Shown: piece after piece, positions 7,919-15,359 of the stretch | Layout: each line of letters opens with the position of its first letter | Position numbering within the stretch: the stretch's first letter is position 1 | Assembly: GCA_964236955.1 (NCBI GenBank) | Contig: CAXSGP010000107.1 | Span: 1 to 15,359 of the forward strand | Direction: 5' to 3' | Source: an uncultured Oligoflexus sp. | Lineage (GTDB): Bacteria > Bdellovibrionota_B > Oligoflexia > Oligoflexales > Oligoflexaceae | DNA length: 15,359 bases | Program-made: the position numbers and the translations under genes | Notes under the pieces: model-generated | What the model was told of the DNA's origin: nothing | Database searches by the model: none | What the model saw: the letters and a program-made list of their open reading frames with translations, nothing else

Positions 7919-8623
7919 GTGAATTTATCAAAACGCTTGGGCGCAGAGTTTATCGGGACATTTTGGTTAGTGCTGGGTGGCTGTGGCAGTGCCGTACTAG
8001 CGGCAAAGTTTAGTACGGTTGGCATAGGTTTACTAGGCGTTTCCTTTGCCTTTGGTTTGACAGTTCTGACGATGGCTTTTGCTCTGGGACCAATTTCGGG
8101 CGGCCATTTCAATCCAGCGGTCTCGCTGGGACTGCTGGTTGGTGGCCGATTCAAAGCGGCAGATTTTATCCCCTATGTCGTCGCTCAGGTTTTGGGGGCC
8201 ACCCTGGCGGCGGCGGTACTCTATTTTATTGCCAGTGGACAGCCCGGTTTTGATATCGCCAATGGCCTTGCTAACAATGGTTTTGGTGAACATTCTCCAG
8301 GTGGTTTTTCCATGGCTTCGGGCTTTGTTACTGAAGTCGTTATGACATTCATGTTTTTAATAATTATCTTAGGAGCAACAGACGAGAGAGCTGCGAAAGG
8401 ATTTGCAGCCATCGCCATTGGATTGGGACTCACTCTTATTCATCTCATCAGTATACCCGTTACGAACACCTCAGTTAATCCTGCACGCAGCACCGGCCCT
8501 GCGCTAATTGCCGGCGGCTGGGCCTTATCGCAGCTTTGGCTCTTTTGGTTGGCCCCTATGATTGGCGCGGTACTGGCGGGCGTTAGCTATCGTTGGTTTG
8601 ATAGTTCCAAAGAAAAAATATAA
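7919..8623 (+). CDS. aqpZ: Aquaporin Z
   Basis: [32 protein letters not shown] and [17 protein letters not shown] (two NPA motifs, F/H/T/R water-selective filter). Start placed at GTG 7919 behind GGAGG rather than at ATG 7880. Confidence 0.97.
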   Translation: MNLSKRLGAEFIGTFWLVLGGCGSAVLAAKFSTVGIGLLGVSFAFGLTVLTMAFALGPISGGHFNPAVSLGLLVGGRFKAADFIPYVVAQVLGATLAAAVLYFIASGQPGFDIANGLANNGFGEHSPGGFSMASGFVTEVVMTFMFLIIILGATDERAAKGFAAIAIGLGLTLIHLISIPVTNTSVNPARSTGPALIAGGWALSQLWLFWLAPMIGAVLAGVSYRWFDSSKEKI

Positions 8624-8739
8624 CTGAGAGTCTGCTTTGGCAAATGAAGGCAGTGATTTCAGAAGGTCCTAAGATAGGGGCCTGATCGACAGAACATGGA
8701 ATACCGGGAAATTATGATATTCTGCAAAGGAGCTGAATT

Positions 8740-9054
8740 ATGGGCATTTCTGACAATTCTAACGGTAAAAATTATTGGATCGTTACCATTCAAAGTAGCG
8801 AGATTAAAGCCGGTGTAGCTGGTGGTGACCTCGTCACAACAGCTTTGGCAAGTGTAGCGGTCCAGGGGACCGGGACTTTCAAGCCAGGTAAGGCTCTCCA
8901 GGTCTTTGCAAAATCCAAGGCAGTCGGCACGGAGGAAGGAAGGACTGCGCAGTACTACATCCTATCTGTTGTGGCTAGCAGCAAGGAAGATGTGGAAAGC
9001 TATTGTTTGGATTTCGACCGTAATCAGAAAATCCTCGATTTTGATGGAAGATAG
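8740..9054 (+). CDS. Hypothetical protein (104 aa)
   Basis: AAGGAG RBS 7 nt before the ATG. Globular-looking composition, no recognised motif. Confidence 0.7.
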   Translation: MGISDNSNGKNYWIVTIQSSEIKAGVAGGDLVTTALASVAVQGTGTFKPGKALQVFAKSKAVGTEEGRTAQYYILSVVASSKEDVESYCLDFDRNQKILDFDGR

Positions 9055-9132
9055 CCCTGACAAAGGCCGAAAATTAATGGAGTGCTGAACTTTAAATGAT
9101 GGGCCTTTGAGCATTTATTCCAGGGTCGTGAA

Positions 9133-9179
9133 AATTAAAAAAATAGGAATCGCCGGGCCTAATCCAGGTCCGGCGATTC
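9133..9179 (-). terminator. Intrinsic terminator of the 9207..10496 gene (possibly bidirectional)
   Basis: 14-bp stem GAATCGCCGGGCCT/AGGTCCGGCGATTC (9147-9179, one imperfect pair) with a 5-nt loop, followed on the minus strand by CTATTTTTTTAATTTT. Lies between convergent genes. Confidence 0.85.
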
Positions 9180-9206
9180 GTTTGACTTCAGCGGAATTTA
9201 AGAACA

Positions 9207-10496
9207 TTAAATGCAGAAAGCGGCCATGCGTTCTGCAGATTCATTTAATAAGTCCGAGCTTTTTTGGGTTATTTCCTTCGGTTCTTTGTCTAACTTGGCA
9301 ATGAAACCATTAAGTTCATCGATATGGCTCTTTATTAAAGGACTAATGGCCCGACTCAGGGACTTGCATTTAACCTTGCTCGACGGTGCCGTTGCAAAGA
9401 GAATAAATGGCTTTGTAAAGACCGGGATATTATTGTCCACGGCAGGCTCTGGATTAAACACATTCCATCGCCACTCTTTACCGTCGGCAATTTTGCCAAT
9501 GCCTAACGCCTCCAAACTTTTCTGAAGGGCGATTTTGTCGATTCCGCCTGGTAGAACGCCTTTATATCCCAGGTCAACCACCAGATCAATCTTGCCATCA
9601 ACCGCATTGATGCCACCACTGTCTTCGGCAATATTACCGTAGACAAATGTTTTATTGGTACCGAGATTGGCACTCACCGAGGGCTTCATGGCCAGCATTT
9701 TGATTTGGCCTTCGGCATTGGCATCGATGAGCGCCAGGAGTCGTACGCCGCCCGCTATGGTCAGGAGCAGATCCACTTCCGGTACGAAGAGCAATTGCGC
9801 CTGCTGGTCGCGCTTGACACCGAGTTCAGTTTTTAGACCAAACAAGCCCCCGACTTTTATCAGCATCACGATTTCGGTCGGAGGCAGGGGAATGACCGGT
9901 ACTTTAATTGAAAGTTCGCGCATGAAGTGTTCGTCAATGACATCATTGGTATTGGCAAGCTTGTCATCCCCCAAAAAGCGCATATGCGCTTCGATTTTAC
10001 TGGGATTATCGAGACGAGCGCTTGACATGTAATCAACAAGGGATCCCTTACCACCACCGACGTTTTTGTTGATGATATAGATATCGACAGTATAATGAGC
10101 GGTCGTCGCGTTGTTGCTTGGCTTATTGGCTTCCGAATCCACCAAGAGGTTGGTTTCGACGCGCAATTTATCTTTGCTTCCAAAACCCAAACCGCTGAAG
10201 CCTTCTTGCACAAACTTATGTAAGCCTTTTGCCTCAGGACTGTTTTTAACGTGTTCGGCAAGATTGAAGTGGCCTACTCCTGACTGGGCATCAGCAGGGT
10301 ACGACCATGGCGCCTTTGTGGAACCATTATTCTCAGTATCGTTATCTGAATTTTCGTTGGTCTCAAAATCCCCGCTGCCGTTGGCCGACTTTGCCAAGCC
10401 CTCTTTAGGGGAAGGGTGCATACTGGATGCTTTTTTAGAACAGCCCGTCATTGCCATTACGGCAAGGATCATTAAGGGCGCGATCTTGCGCTTCAT
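9207..10496 (-). CDS. Hypothetical lipoprotein (429 aa)
   Basis: MKRK + hydrophobic core + lipobox-like AMTGC, GGAGG RBS, disordered N/D/E/S linker, beta-rich core, helical C-terminus. Has its own promoter and terminator. Confidence 0.85.
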   Translation of the reverse strand: MKRKIAPLMILAVMAMTGCSKKASSMHPSPKEGLAKSANGSGDFETNENSDNDTENNGSTKAPWSYPADAQSGVGHFNLAEHVKNSPEAKGLHKFVQEGFSGLGFGSKDKLRVETNLLVDSEANKPSNNATTAHYTVDIYIINKNVGGGKGSLVDYMSSARLDNPSKIEAHMRFLGDDKLANTNDVIDEHFMRELSIKVPVIPLPPTEIVMLIKVGGLFGLKTELGVKRDQQAQLLFVPEVDLLLTIAGGVRLLALIDANAEGQIKMLAMKPSVSANLGTNKTFVYGNIAEDSGGINAVDGKIDLVVDLGYKGVLPGGIDKIALQKSLEALGIGKIADGKEWRWNVFNPEPAVDNNIPVFTKPFILFATAPSSKVKCKSLSRAISPLIKSHIDELNGFIAKLDKEPKEITQKSSDLLNESAERMAAFCI

Positions 10497-10530
10497 CTAG
10501 CCTCCGGTCTTAGTTTTATAAGGGCTATCC

Positions 10531-10547
10531 AGCAAGAATAGGGCCAG
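10531..10547 (-). promoter_or_regulatory. Sigma-54 (RpoN) -24/-12 promoter
   Basis: Minus strand reads CTGGCCCTATTCTTGCT = GG-N10-GC with TTGCT, 34 nt upstream of the lipoprotein ATG. Confidence 0.75.
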
Positions 10548-10589
10548 TTGCTGTTCCTTTTGAATTAAGGTATTTAGGCCGATGTGGTC

Positions 10590-10646
10590 TGACAAATTGT
10601 TTGACACTGTCGCTCATTGCGGCAAGAGTGTCTGGATTTTATGGCA
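10590..10646. promoter_or_regulatory. Tandem imperfect palindromes, candidate enhancer-binding-protein sites
   Basis: TGACAAATTGTTTGACA (10590-10606), TGTCGCTCATTGCGGCA (10608-10624) and TGTCTGGATTTTATGGCA (10629-10646), all TGTC-N9/10-GACA-like and upstream of a sigma-54 promoter. Confidence 0.5.
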
Positions 10647-10944
10647 AAGTTTGTCTTATACGGTGAACAAAAGATGCTGGATCGGACAGCCTTTGCTTGA
10701 GGATGCGCGTCGTTTTTTTGACTTTGGCATATCGTTTGAGTGAATTATTGGGCTCTCCCCACTCTGAAACTCATTTTTCAAAAACCATAACTTTCCGTCG
10801 CGTTGTTAATCGTAAAGCATGCTTAGGATTTGTGGACCAGCCTCTTCGCATCTGATAATCTCCAGCAACAAAGGCCTTTGCTAAGAGAAAATTTTATAGC
10901 GGGAGTCGTAAGCTCCCCCACCTTCCTTCACGGAGTATTGCCTC

Positions 10945-13900
10945 ATGAAGATAATCCGACCTAACCAAGTTGTATTTTGCTGCCTTTGCGCGGCCAGCAG
11001 TATGAGCTGCAACCTGAATTCAGTCTCTTCAACACAAAGTTTTCCTGATCGATCGGCTGCTGCTTTTTATTCCTCATTTGAGTCGTCCGACCCCTCTTTG
11101 ACCTGGGTCAACAGTCCGGAAATTGATCGACAAGGGCACATCAAAGTCTCTGGTATCAGGCCTTATAATATTGAGGTTCTGCCAGGAACCGTCATGGATC
11201 AAGTCGTCTCGGTGAACGCCAGTGGCGAGAATCCTCCGCAAGAAACTTCAGCAGCCAGTGTCGATGGAGATGTTTCCACGAAGTGGCTTGTGGAAAACAC
11301 GACTGGCTGGGTTCAGCTCAAACTGCAAAGGTCGACCGTGGTCAAACGCTACTCAGTGACTTCGGCGAACGATGTGCCGGAGAGAGACCCAGCGAACTTC
11401 GCGCTTGAAGGATCGCTCGATGGAACGGCTTGGACCGTGTTGGATGAACAACGCGATCAACAGTTCACGGCGCGTTTCCAAACGCTTACCTATTCGTTCG
11501 CGAATGACCGCGCATTTCCCTACTATCGCGTGAACGTAACAAGAAATAATGGAGGCCCCCTTTTGCAAATTGCCGATTGGCAAATTTCCAATGGAGATGA
11601 TCAGGTACCGGCCAAAAGCGCCATGAAATCTATCGTCGGCAAAGGTCCGAATAATTCTGCAAATGCCAAATCAGCGATGGGTTTCACCGGTCTGCAGGCG
11701 CTCCGATTCGGCGGAAATTTGGTCAGACAGGGTCCAGGATATTCCTACAATAAAATCTTTGACGTCGATATTGCCGTGAGTGCAACGACGGAATTGTCCT
11801 ATCTGATTTTTCCGGAAGGGGAGCTAAGTACATTTGCAGCGATCGATCTGGCTTTTGATGACGGAACCTATCTGAGCGATCTCAATGCAGTCGATCAGCA
11901 TTACACATCATTGGACCCTCAAGCACAGGGGCGATCACGGGCCCTATATGCAAATGAATGGAACCATAAAGTTTCCCAGATTGGAGCCGTGGCCGCAGGC
12001 AGGAAAATCAAACGCATCATTATCGGCTACGATAACCCACAGGAGGCTGAAGGGCCATTCGGTGGGTGGGTTGATGACATTAGAATTTCTGCCAGAAGTT
12101 CGAACCCGACTCCAGCTCACCTTTCCGACTACGTATTGACCACCCGCGGAACCAATTCAAGCGGCGGCTTTTCCCGTGGGAATAATTTTCCAGCGACGGC
12201 CGTACCCCACGGTTTCAACTTTTGGACTCCAGTGACCTATGCTGGTTCTGATAGCTGGCTCTATTCCTATCACAATGGCAATAACAGCGACAACTTGCCA
12301 ACGTTGGAAGCTCTGGCTCTAAGTCACGAGCCCAGTCCATGGATGGGTGACAGGCAGACGTTTCAGGTTATGCCCTCTCTGGCCTCTGGCAAACCTTCTC
12401 TTGATCGGGGCGCGCGGGCCTTGGCATTCCAACATAAGAATGAAATCGGAAGAGCCCACTACTATAGTGTAACATTTGAGAATGGCATCAAGGCCGAAAT
12501 TGCCCCGACTGATCATGCCGCCCTATTTCGCTTCACCTATCCCGGCACAGACGCCAATCTGATATTTGATAATGTGAAGACCAATGGTGGACTGACCCTT
12601 GACCCGGCGACACAAAGTATTTCCGGATACTCTGATGCGGGCAGCGGGCTTTCGACGGGTGCATCAAGGATATTTATCTATGCAGTCTTCGATAAAGCGA
12701 TAGAGGCGAGCGAGAAACAATCAGGAGTCAGTGGATACTATCGATTCAAAATCAGTCCCGATGATAAAGTTGTGAACATGCGAATCGCAAGTTCCCTCAT
12801 CAGTCTGGAACAGGCTAAAAAGAACCTTGACATGGAAATAGAAGCCGCTGATTCCTTGGACAGCGTCCGCGACGCTGCGCAACAGGCTTGGGATGAAAAA
12901 TTAGGAGTCGTCCAAGTTGAAGGCGCGAACTTCGATCAGCGCACGACACTCTATTCCAATCTCTACCGATTGTTTCTTTATCCAAACTCCGGATTTGAAA
13001 ATACCGGTACCGCTGAAGCCCCCGTTTACCAATATGCAAGTCCTGTTTCACATTCAAACGACACCAATAGTGATATCAAAACGGGAGCTCGTATTGTTTC
13101 TGGCAAAATTTATGTCAACAATGGATTTTGGGATACCTATCGGGCGACATGGCCAGCTCTTTCCTTGCTGACGCCTAAAAAAGCCGGTGAATTAATCGAT
13201 GGTTTTGTTAGCCAGTACAAAGAAGGCGGCTGGATCGCTCGCTGGTCTTCGCCAGGCTATGCGGATCTGATGACAGGCACCAGTTCGGATGTTGCCTTTG
13301 CCGATGCCTTTGTTAAAGGCGTCCAAAATTTTGATAGTGCTGCTGCCTACGACGCAGCGCTGAAAAACGCGACCGTTCTGCCGAGCAACGGCGGTGTGGG
13401 ACGTAAAGGTATGGAGACCTCGCAATTTCTTGGCTATACCTCGACTGCGACCGGTGCGGGTCTCTCCTGGGCGATGGCGGCTAACCTTAACGATTTCGGA
13501 ATTGCAAACTTTGCCAAGGAAATGGCTAAGAATGCCGGCCCTCGTCAGCAGGAATACAAAGAAGAGGCCGAGTACTTTCTATCGCGTTCCCAGCAGTATG
13601 TGAATCTTTTCGATCCAGCGATCGACTTTTTTCAAGGTCGCTCGAAAGAAGGAGCTTTTCGCCTTGCACCGGAAGATTATGATCCAAGGGTCTGGGGTTT
13701 TGACTACACCGAAACCAATGGCTGGAACACGGCTTTCGATGCGCCTCACGATGCGGAAGGGCTTGCCAGGCTCTACGGGGGTCGCGAAGCATTGGCGGAA
13801 AAACTGGATCAATTTTTCTCCACCCCTGAAACCGCGGAGTTTCCTGGGTCCTATGGTGGCGTCATTCACGAGATGCTTGAGGCCCGGGAAGTTCGCATGG

Positions 13901-14811
13901 GTCAGTTAGGAATGAGCAACCAACCGAGCTTTCATATTCCCTACATGTATAATTTTGCAGGTCAACCGTGGAAGACTCAGGAAAAGGTTCGTGATGCATT
14001 GGCCCGTCTTTGGATTGGAAGTTCGATCGGTCAAGGATACTTAGGCGATGATGACAATGGAGCGATGTCGGCCTGGCAAATTCTGAGTGCTCTCGGTTTC
14101 TATCCTTTGCAAGTTGGAAGCCCTAACTATGTGATAGGATCGCCGCTGTTCACGAAAGCCACTGTCAACCTTGAAAATGGACAAAAGCTGGTGATTAATG
14201 CCCCGCAGAATTCGTCTAAAAACATCTATGTCCAGGGACTGAGCATCAATGGTCAACCCTACAGCAAAAACTGGTTGACTCATTCCATGCTCGTCGATGG
14301 GGCGACGTTGGACTTCGATATGGGTCCGCAGCCTAGCTCCTGGGGATCGCGTGCCGAAGACCTTCCGCCCTCGATCACCAAGCCTGGCGAAAGCCCAAAT
14401 CCCATGCACGATGCTGCGTTGAGCAGCAATGGGGACATTAACGAAAGGGCCTTGGTGGATGATAACTCAACCACTCAGGTCACCTTCTCCGGCGCCAACC
14501 CAGCGGTTAACTTCCACTTCAAAAATGGAACGGCAGCAGTTGAATTCTATACACTCACCTCGGGCACTAACGGCAATGACCCAAGCGCCTGGGTTTTGAA
14601 AGGCTCGCAAAACGGAACCACCTGGACCACACTTGATCAGCGCAGTCAGCAGACCTTCCCCTGGCGGACTCAGACCCGTCCCTTTAAAGTGAGCAAGCCC
14701 GGATCTTATAGCTATTATCGACTTGAGATGAACGCGAACCCTGGAATGGCTTTGGCGGAATGGGAGCTTTTGACTCGATCAAAGCAGTCTTTTAAAAATC
14801 AGAATTGGTGA
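10945..14811 (+). CDS. GH92 family alpha-mannosidase (probable alpha-1,2), exported/lipoprotein, with N- and C-terminal F5/8-type C (CBM32-like) modules
   Basis: RGNNFPATAVPHGFNFWTP, HEPSPW, NNGFWDTYR, MTGTSSD, TETNGW (acid), IHEM, SNQP and GDDDNG (Ca2+/base) GH92 motifs. Discoidin-like DGDVSTKW...YSVTSAND..ERDP....LEGSLDG..WTVLD and a second C-terminal copy (YTLTSG....DPSAWVLKGS.NG..WTTLD). Possible lipobox SMSC. GGAG RBS. Confidence 0.95.
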   Translation: MKIIRPNQVVFCCLCAASSMSCNLNSVSSTQSFPDRSAAAFYSSFESSDPSLTWVNSPEIDRQGHIKVSGIRPYNIEVLPGTVMDQVVSVNASGENPPQETSAASVDGDVSTKWLVENTTGWVQLKLQRSTVVKRYSVTSANDVPERDPANFALEGSLDGTAWTVLDEQRDQQFTARFQTLTYSFANDRAFPYYRVNVTRNNGGPLLQIADWQISNGDDQVPAKSAMKSIVGKGPNNSANAKSAMGFTGLQALRFGGNLVRQGPGYSYNKIFDVDIAVSATTELSYLIFPEGELSTFAAIDLAFDDGTYLSDLNAVDQHYTSLDPQAQGRSRALYANEWNHKVSQIGAVAAGRKIKRIIIGYDNPQEAEGPFGGWVDDIRISARSSNPTPAHLSDYVLTTRGTNSSGGFSRGNNFPATAVPHGFNFWTPVTYAGSDSWLYSYHNGNNSDNLPTLEALALSHEPSPWMGDRQTFQVMPSLASGKPSLDRGARALAFQHKNEIGRAHYYSVTFENGIKAEIAPTDHAALFRFTYPGTDANLIFDNVKTNGGLTLDPATQSISGYSDAGSGLSTGASRIFIYAVFDKAIEASEKQSGVSGYYRFKISPDDKVVNMRIASSLISLEQAKKNLDMEIEAADSLDSVRDAAQQAWDEKLGVVQVEGANFDQRTTLYSNLYRLFLYPNSGFENTGTAEAPVYQYASPVSHSNDTNSDIKTGARIVSGKIYVNNGFWDTYRATWPALSLLTPKKAGELIDGFVSQYKEGGWIARWSSPGYADLMTGTSSDVAFADAFVKGVQNFDSAAAYDAALKNATVLPSNGGVGRKGMETSQFLGYTSTATGAGLSWAMAANLNDFGIANFAKEMAKNAGPRQQEYKEEAEYFLSRSQQYVNLFDPAIDFFQGRSKEGAFRLAPEDYDPRVWGFDYTETNGWNTAFDAPHDAEGLARLYGGREALAEKLDQFFSTPETAEFPGSYGGVIHEMLEAREVRMGQLGMSNQPSFHIPYMYNFAGQPWKTQEKVRDALARLWIGSSIGQGYLGDDDNGAMSAWQILSALGFYPLQVGSPNYVIGSPLFTKATVNLENGQKLVINAPQNSSKNIYVQGLSINGQPYSKNWLTHSMLVDGATLDFDMGPQPSSWGSRAEDLPPSITKPGESPNPMHDAALSSNGDINERALVDDNSTTQVTFSGANPAVNFHFKNGTAAVEFYTLTSGTNGNDPSAWVLKGSQNGTTWTTLDQRSQQTFPWRTQTRPFKVSKPGSYSYYRLEMNANPGMALAEWELLTRSKQSFKNQNW

Positions 14812-14854
14812 CGAATGCTGTTTTCGTAATTTATTCTTTCATTTCGAATGAAAC

Positions 14855-14893
14855 AAGGGCCGGACTTCCGACGGAAGCCGGCCCTTCTTTTTC
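14855..14893 (+). terminator. Intrinsic terminator downstream of the GH92 gene
   Basis: AAGGGCCGG(A)CTTCC-GAC-GGAAG-CCGGCCCTT hairpin followed by CTTTTTC. Confidence 0.88.
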
Positions 14894-15061
14894 TGATTTT
14901 TCACTCGATCTATGGGCTATCCTTCATAGTTGATAGATAATTTATGGAACTAAAATTGAGCAGGGTGCGGATCCGTCAGGGAGTATGTCTGCACTCTGGG
15001 GTGTGGAACTGTCAAAAATCTTAGGCCATCGCCAAGCCATAGTCCTATTGTTAGGCGCCGG

Positions 15062-15349
15062 TTAAATACGGGCCAAAAGTAAATTCACCGACAAGGAAAA
15101 AGGGGCCAGTGATGAGGGAAACCCTAGCTTGAAGGCATTAAGTGTTTCGCAGAGACACTCGAGGTTCTCACCAACATATTTTAAGGTCCTGAGTAGGGCC
15201 TCGGAAGCAATTATCGTTGCTGGTCCGAAGCCTTGAAAGGATGAAACTGCTCCTAGCGACCGTATTGCAGAAAGTATCGTAGATCCTTTCATGGAACAGC
15301 TATTCCTGAATGTAGGATCAATGCATTCCTTACGGTTCCTTTCCTTCAT
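15062..15349 (-). CDS. Doubtful hypothetical ORF; frame stays open to the window edge, so it may be the 3' end of a longer gene
   Basis: 95-aa ORF with no motif and no competing long ORF. Cannot be evaluated without flanking sequence. Confidence 0.25.
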   Translation of the reverse strand: MKERNRKECIDPTFRNSCSMKGSTILSAIRSLGAVSSFQGFGPATIIASEALLRTLKYVGENLECLCETLNAFKLGFPSSLAPFSLSVNLLLARI

Positions 15350-15359
15350 GCCGCCTTCT

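Noticed and set aside
7846..8433. Antisense and alternative-frame ORFs over aqpZ
   Set aside because: Fully explained as shadows of a highly conserved gene.
5395..8694. 12-mer TGATCGACAGAA present in two intergenic regions (5395 and 8683)
   Set aside because: Several 12-mer matches are expected by chance in 15 kb, and flanks are not similar.
9211..10500. Plus-strand ORFs 9211..9525, 9655..10032 and 10111..10500
   Set aside because: Antisense shadows of the 429-aa lipoprotein, which has RBS, promoter and terminator support.
11353..14474. Numerous 60-120 aa ORFs inside the GH92 gene
   Set aside because: Alternative-frame or antisense shadows with no motifs.
1..15359. CRISPR array, tRNA/rRNA, IS/integrase or phage genes
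   Set aside because: No spaced direct repeats, cloverleaf or rRNA-like segments, terminal inverted repeats or recombinase/transposase motifs seen by eye.

Overview
Bacterial chromosomal window with no rRNA, tRNA, CRISPR array or recognisable mobile element. It is a mosaic of mostly independent genes rich in predicted envelope and lipoproteins: two tandem paralogous Pro-rich-stalk + ricin-B lectin proteins (the first is cut by the window edge inside a (CCTGCG)n repeat), a stand-alone receiver-domain protein, an HHE hemerythrin, a small protein resembling colicin E3/cloacin immunity proteins, an RDD membrane protein, a zincin lipoprotein, a probable outer-membrane beta-barrel, an orphan GspC/PilP-like protein, aquaporin Z, two unknown proteins (one a 429-aa lipoprotein) and a 1288-aa GH92 alpha-mannosidase with F5/8-type (CBM32-like) modules. 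Non-coding signals visible by eye are two near-consensus sigma-54 promoters sharing tandem TGTC..GACA-like upstream palindromes, a sigma-28-like promoter and two intrinsic terminators. Gene content and promoter types suggest a Gram-negative organism, possibly Bdellovibrionota/Oligoflexia-like (inference only). I see no single clear new multi-gene system. The best leads are the orphan immunity-like gene, the shared sigma-54 enhancer architecture, the stalked lectin pair and the GH92 enzyme.
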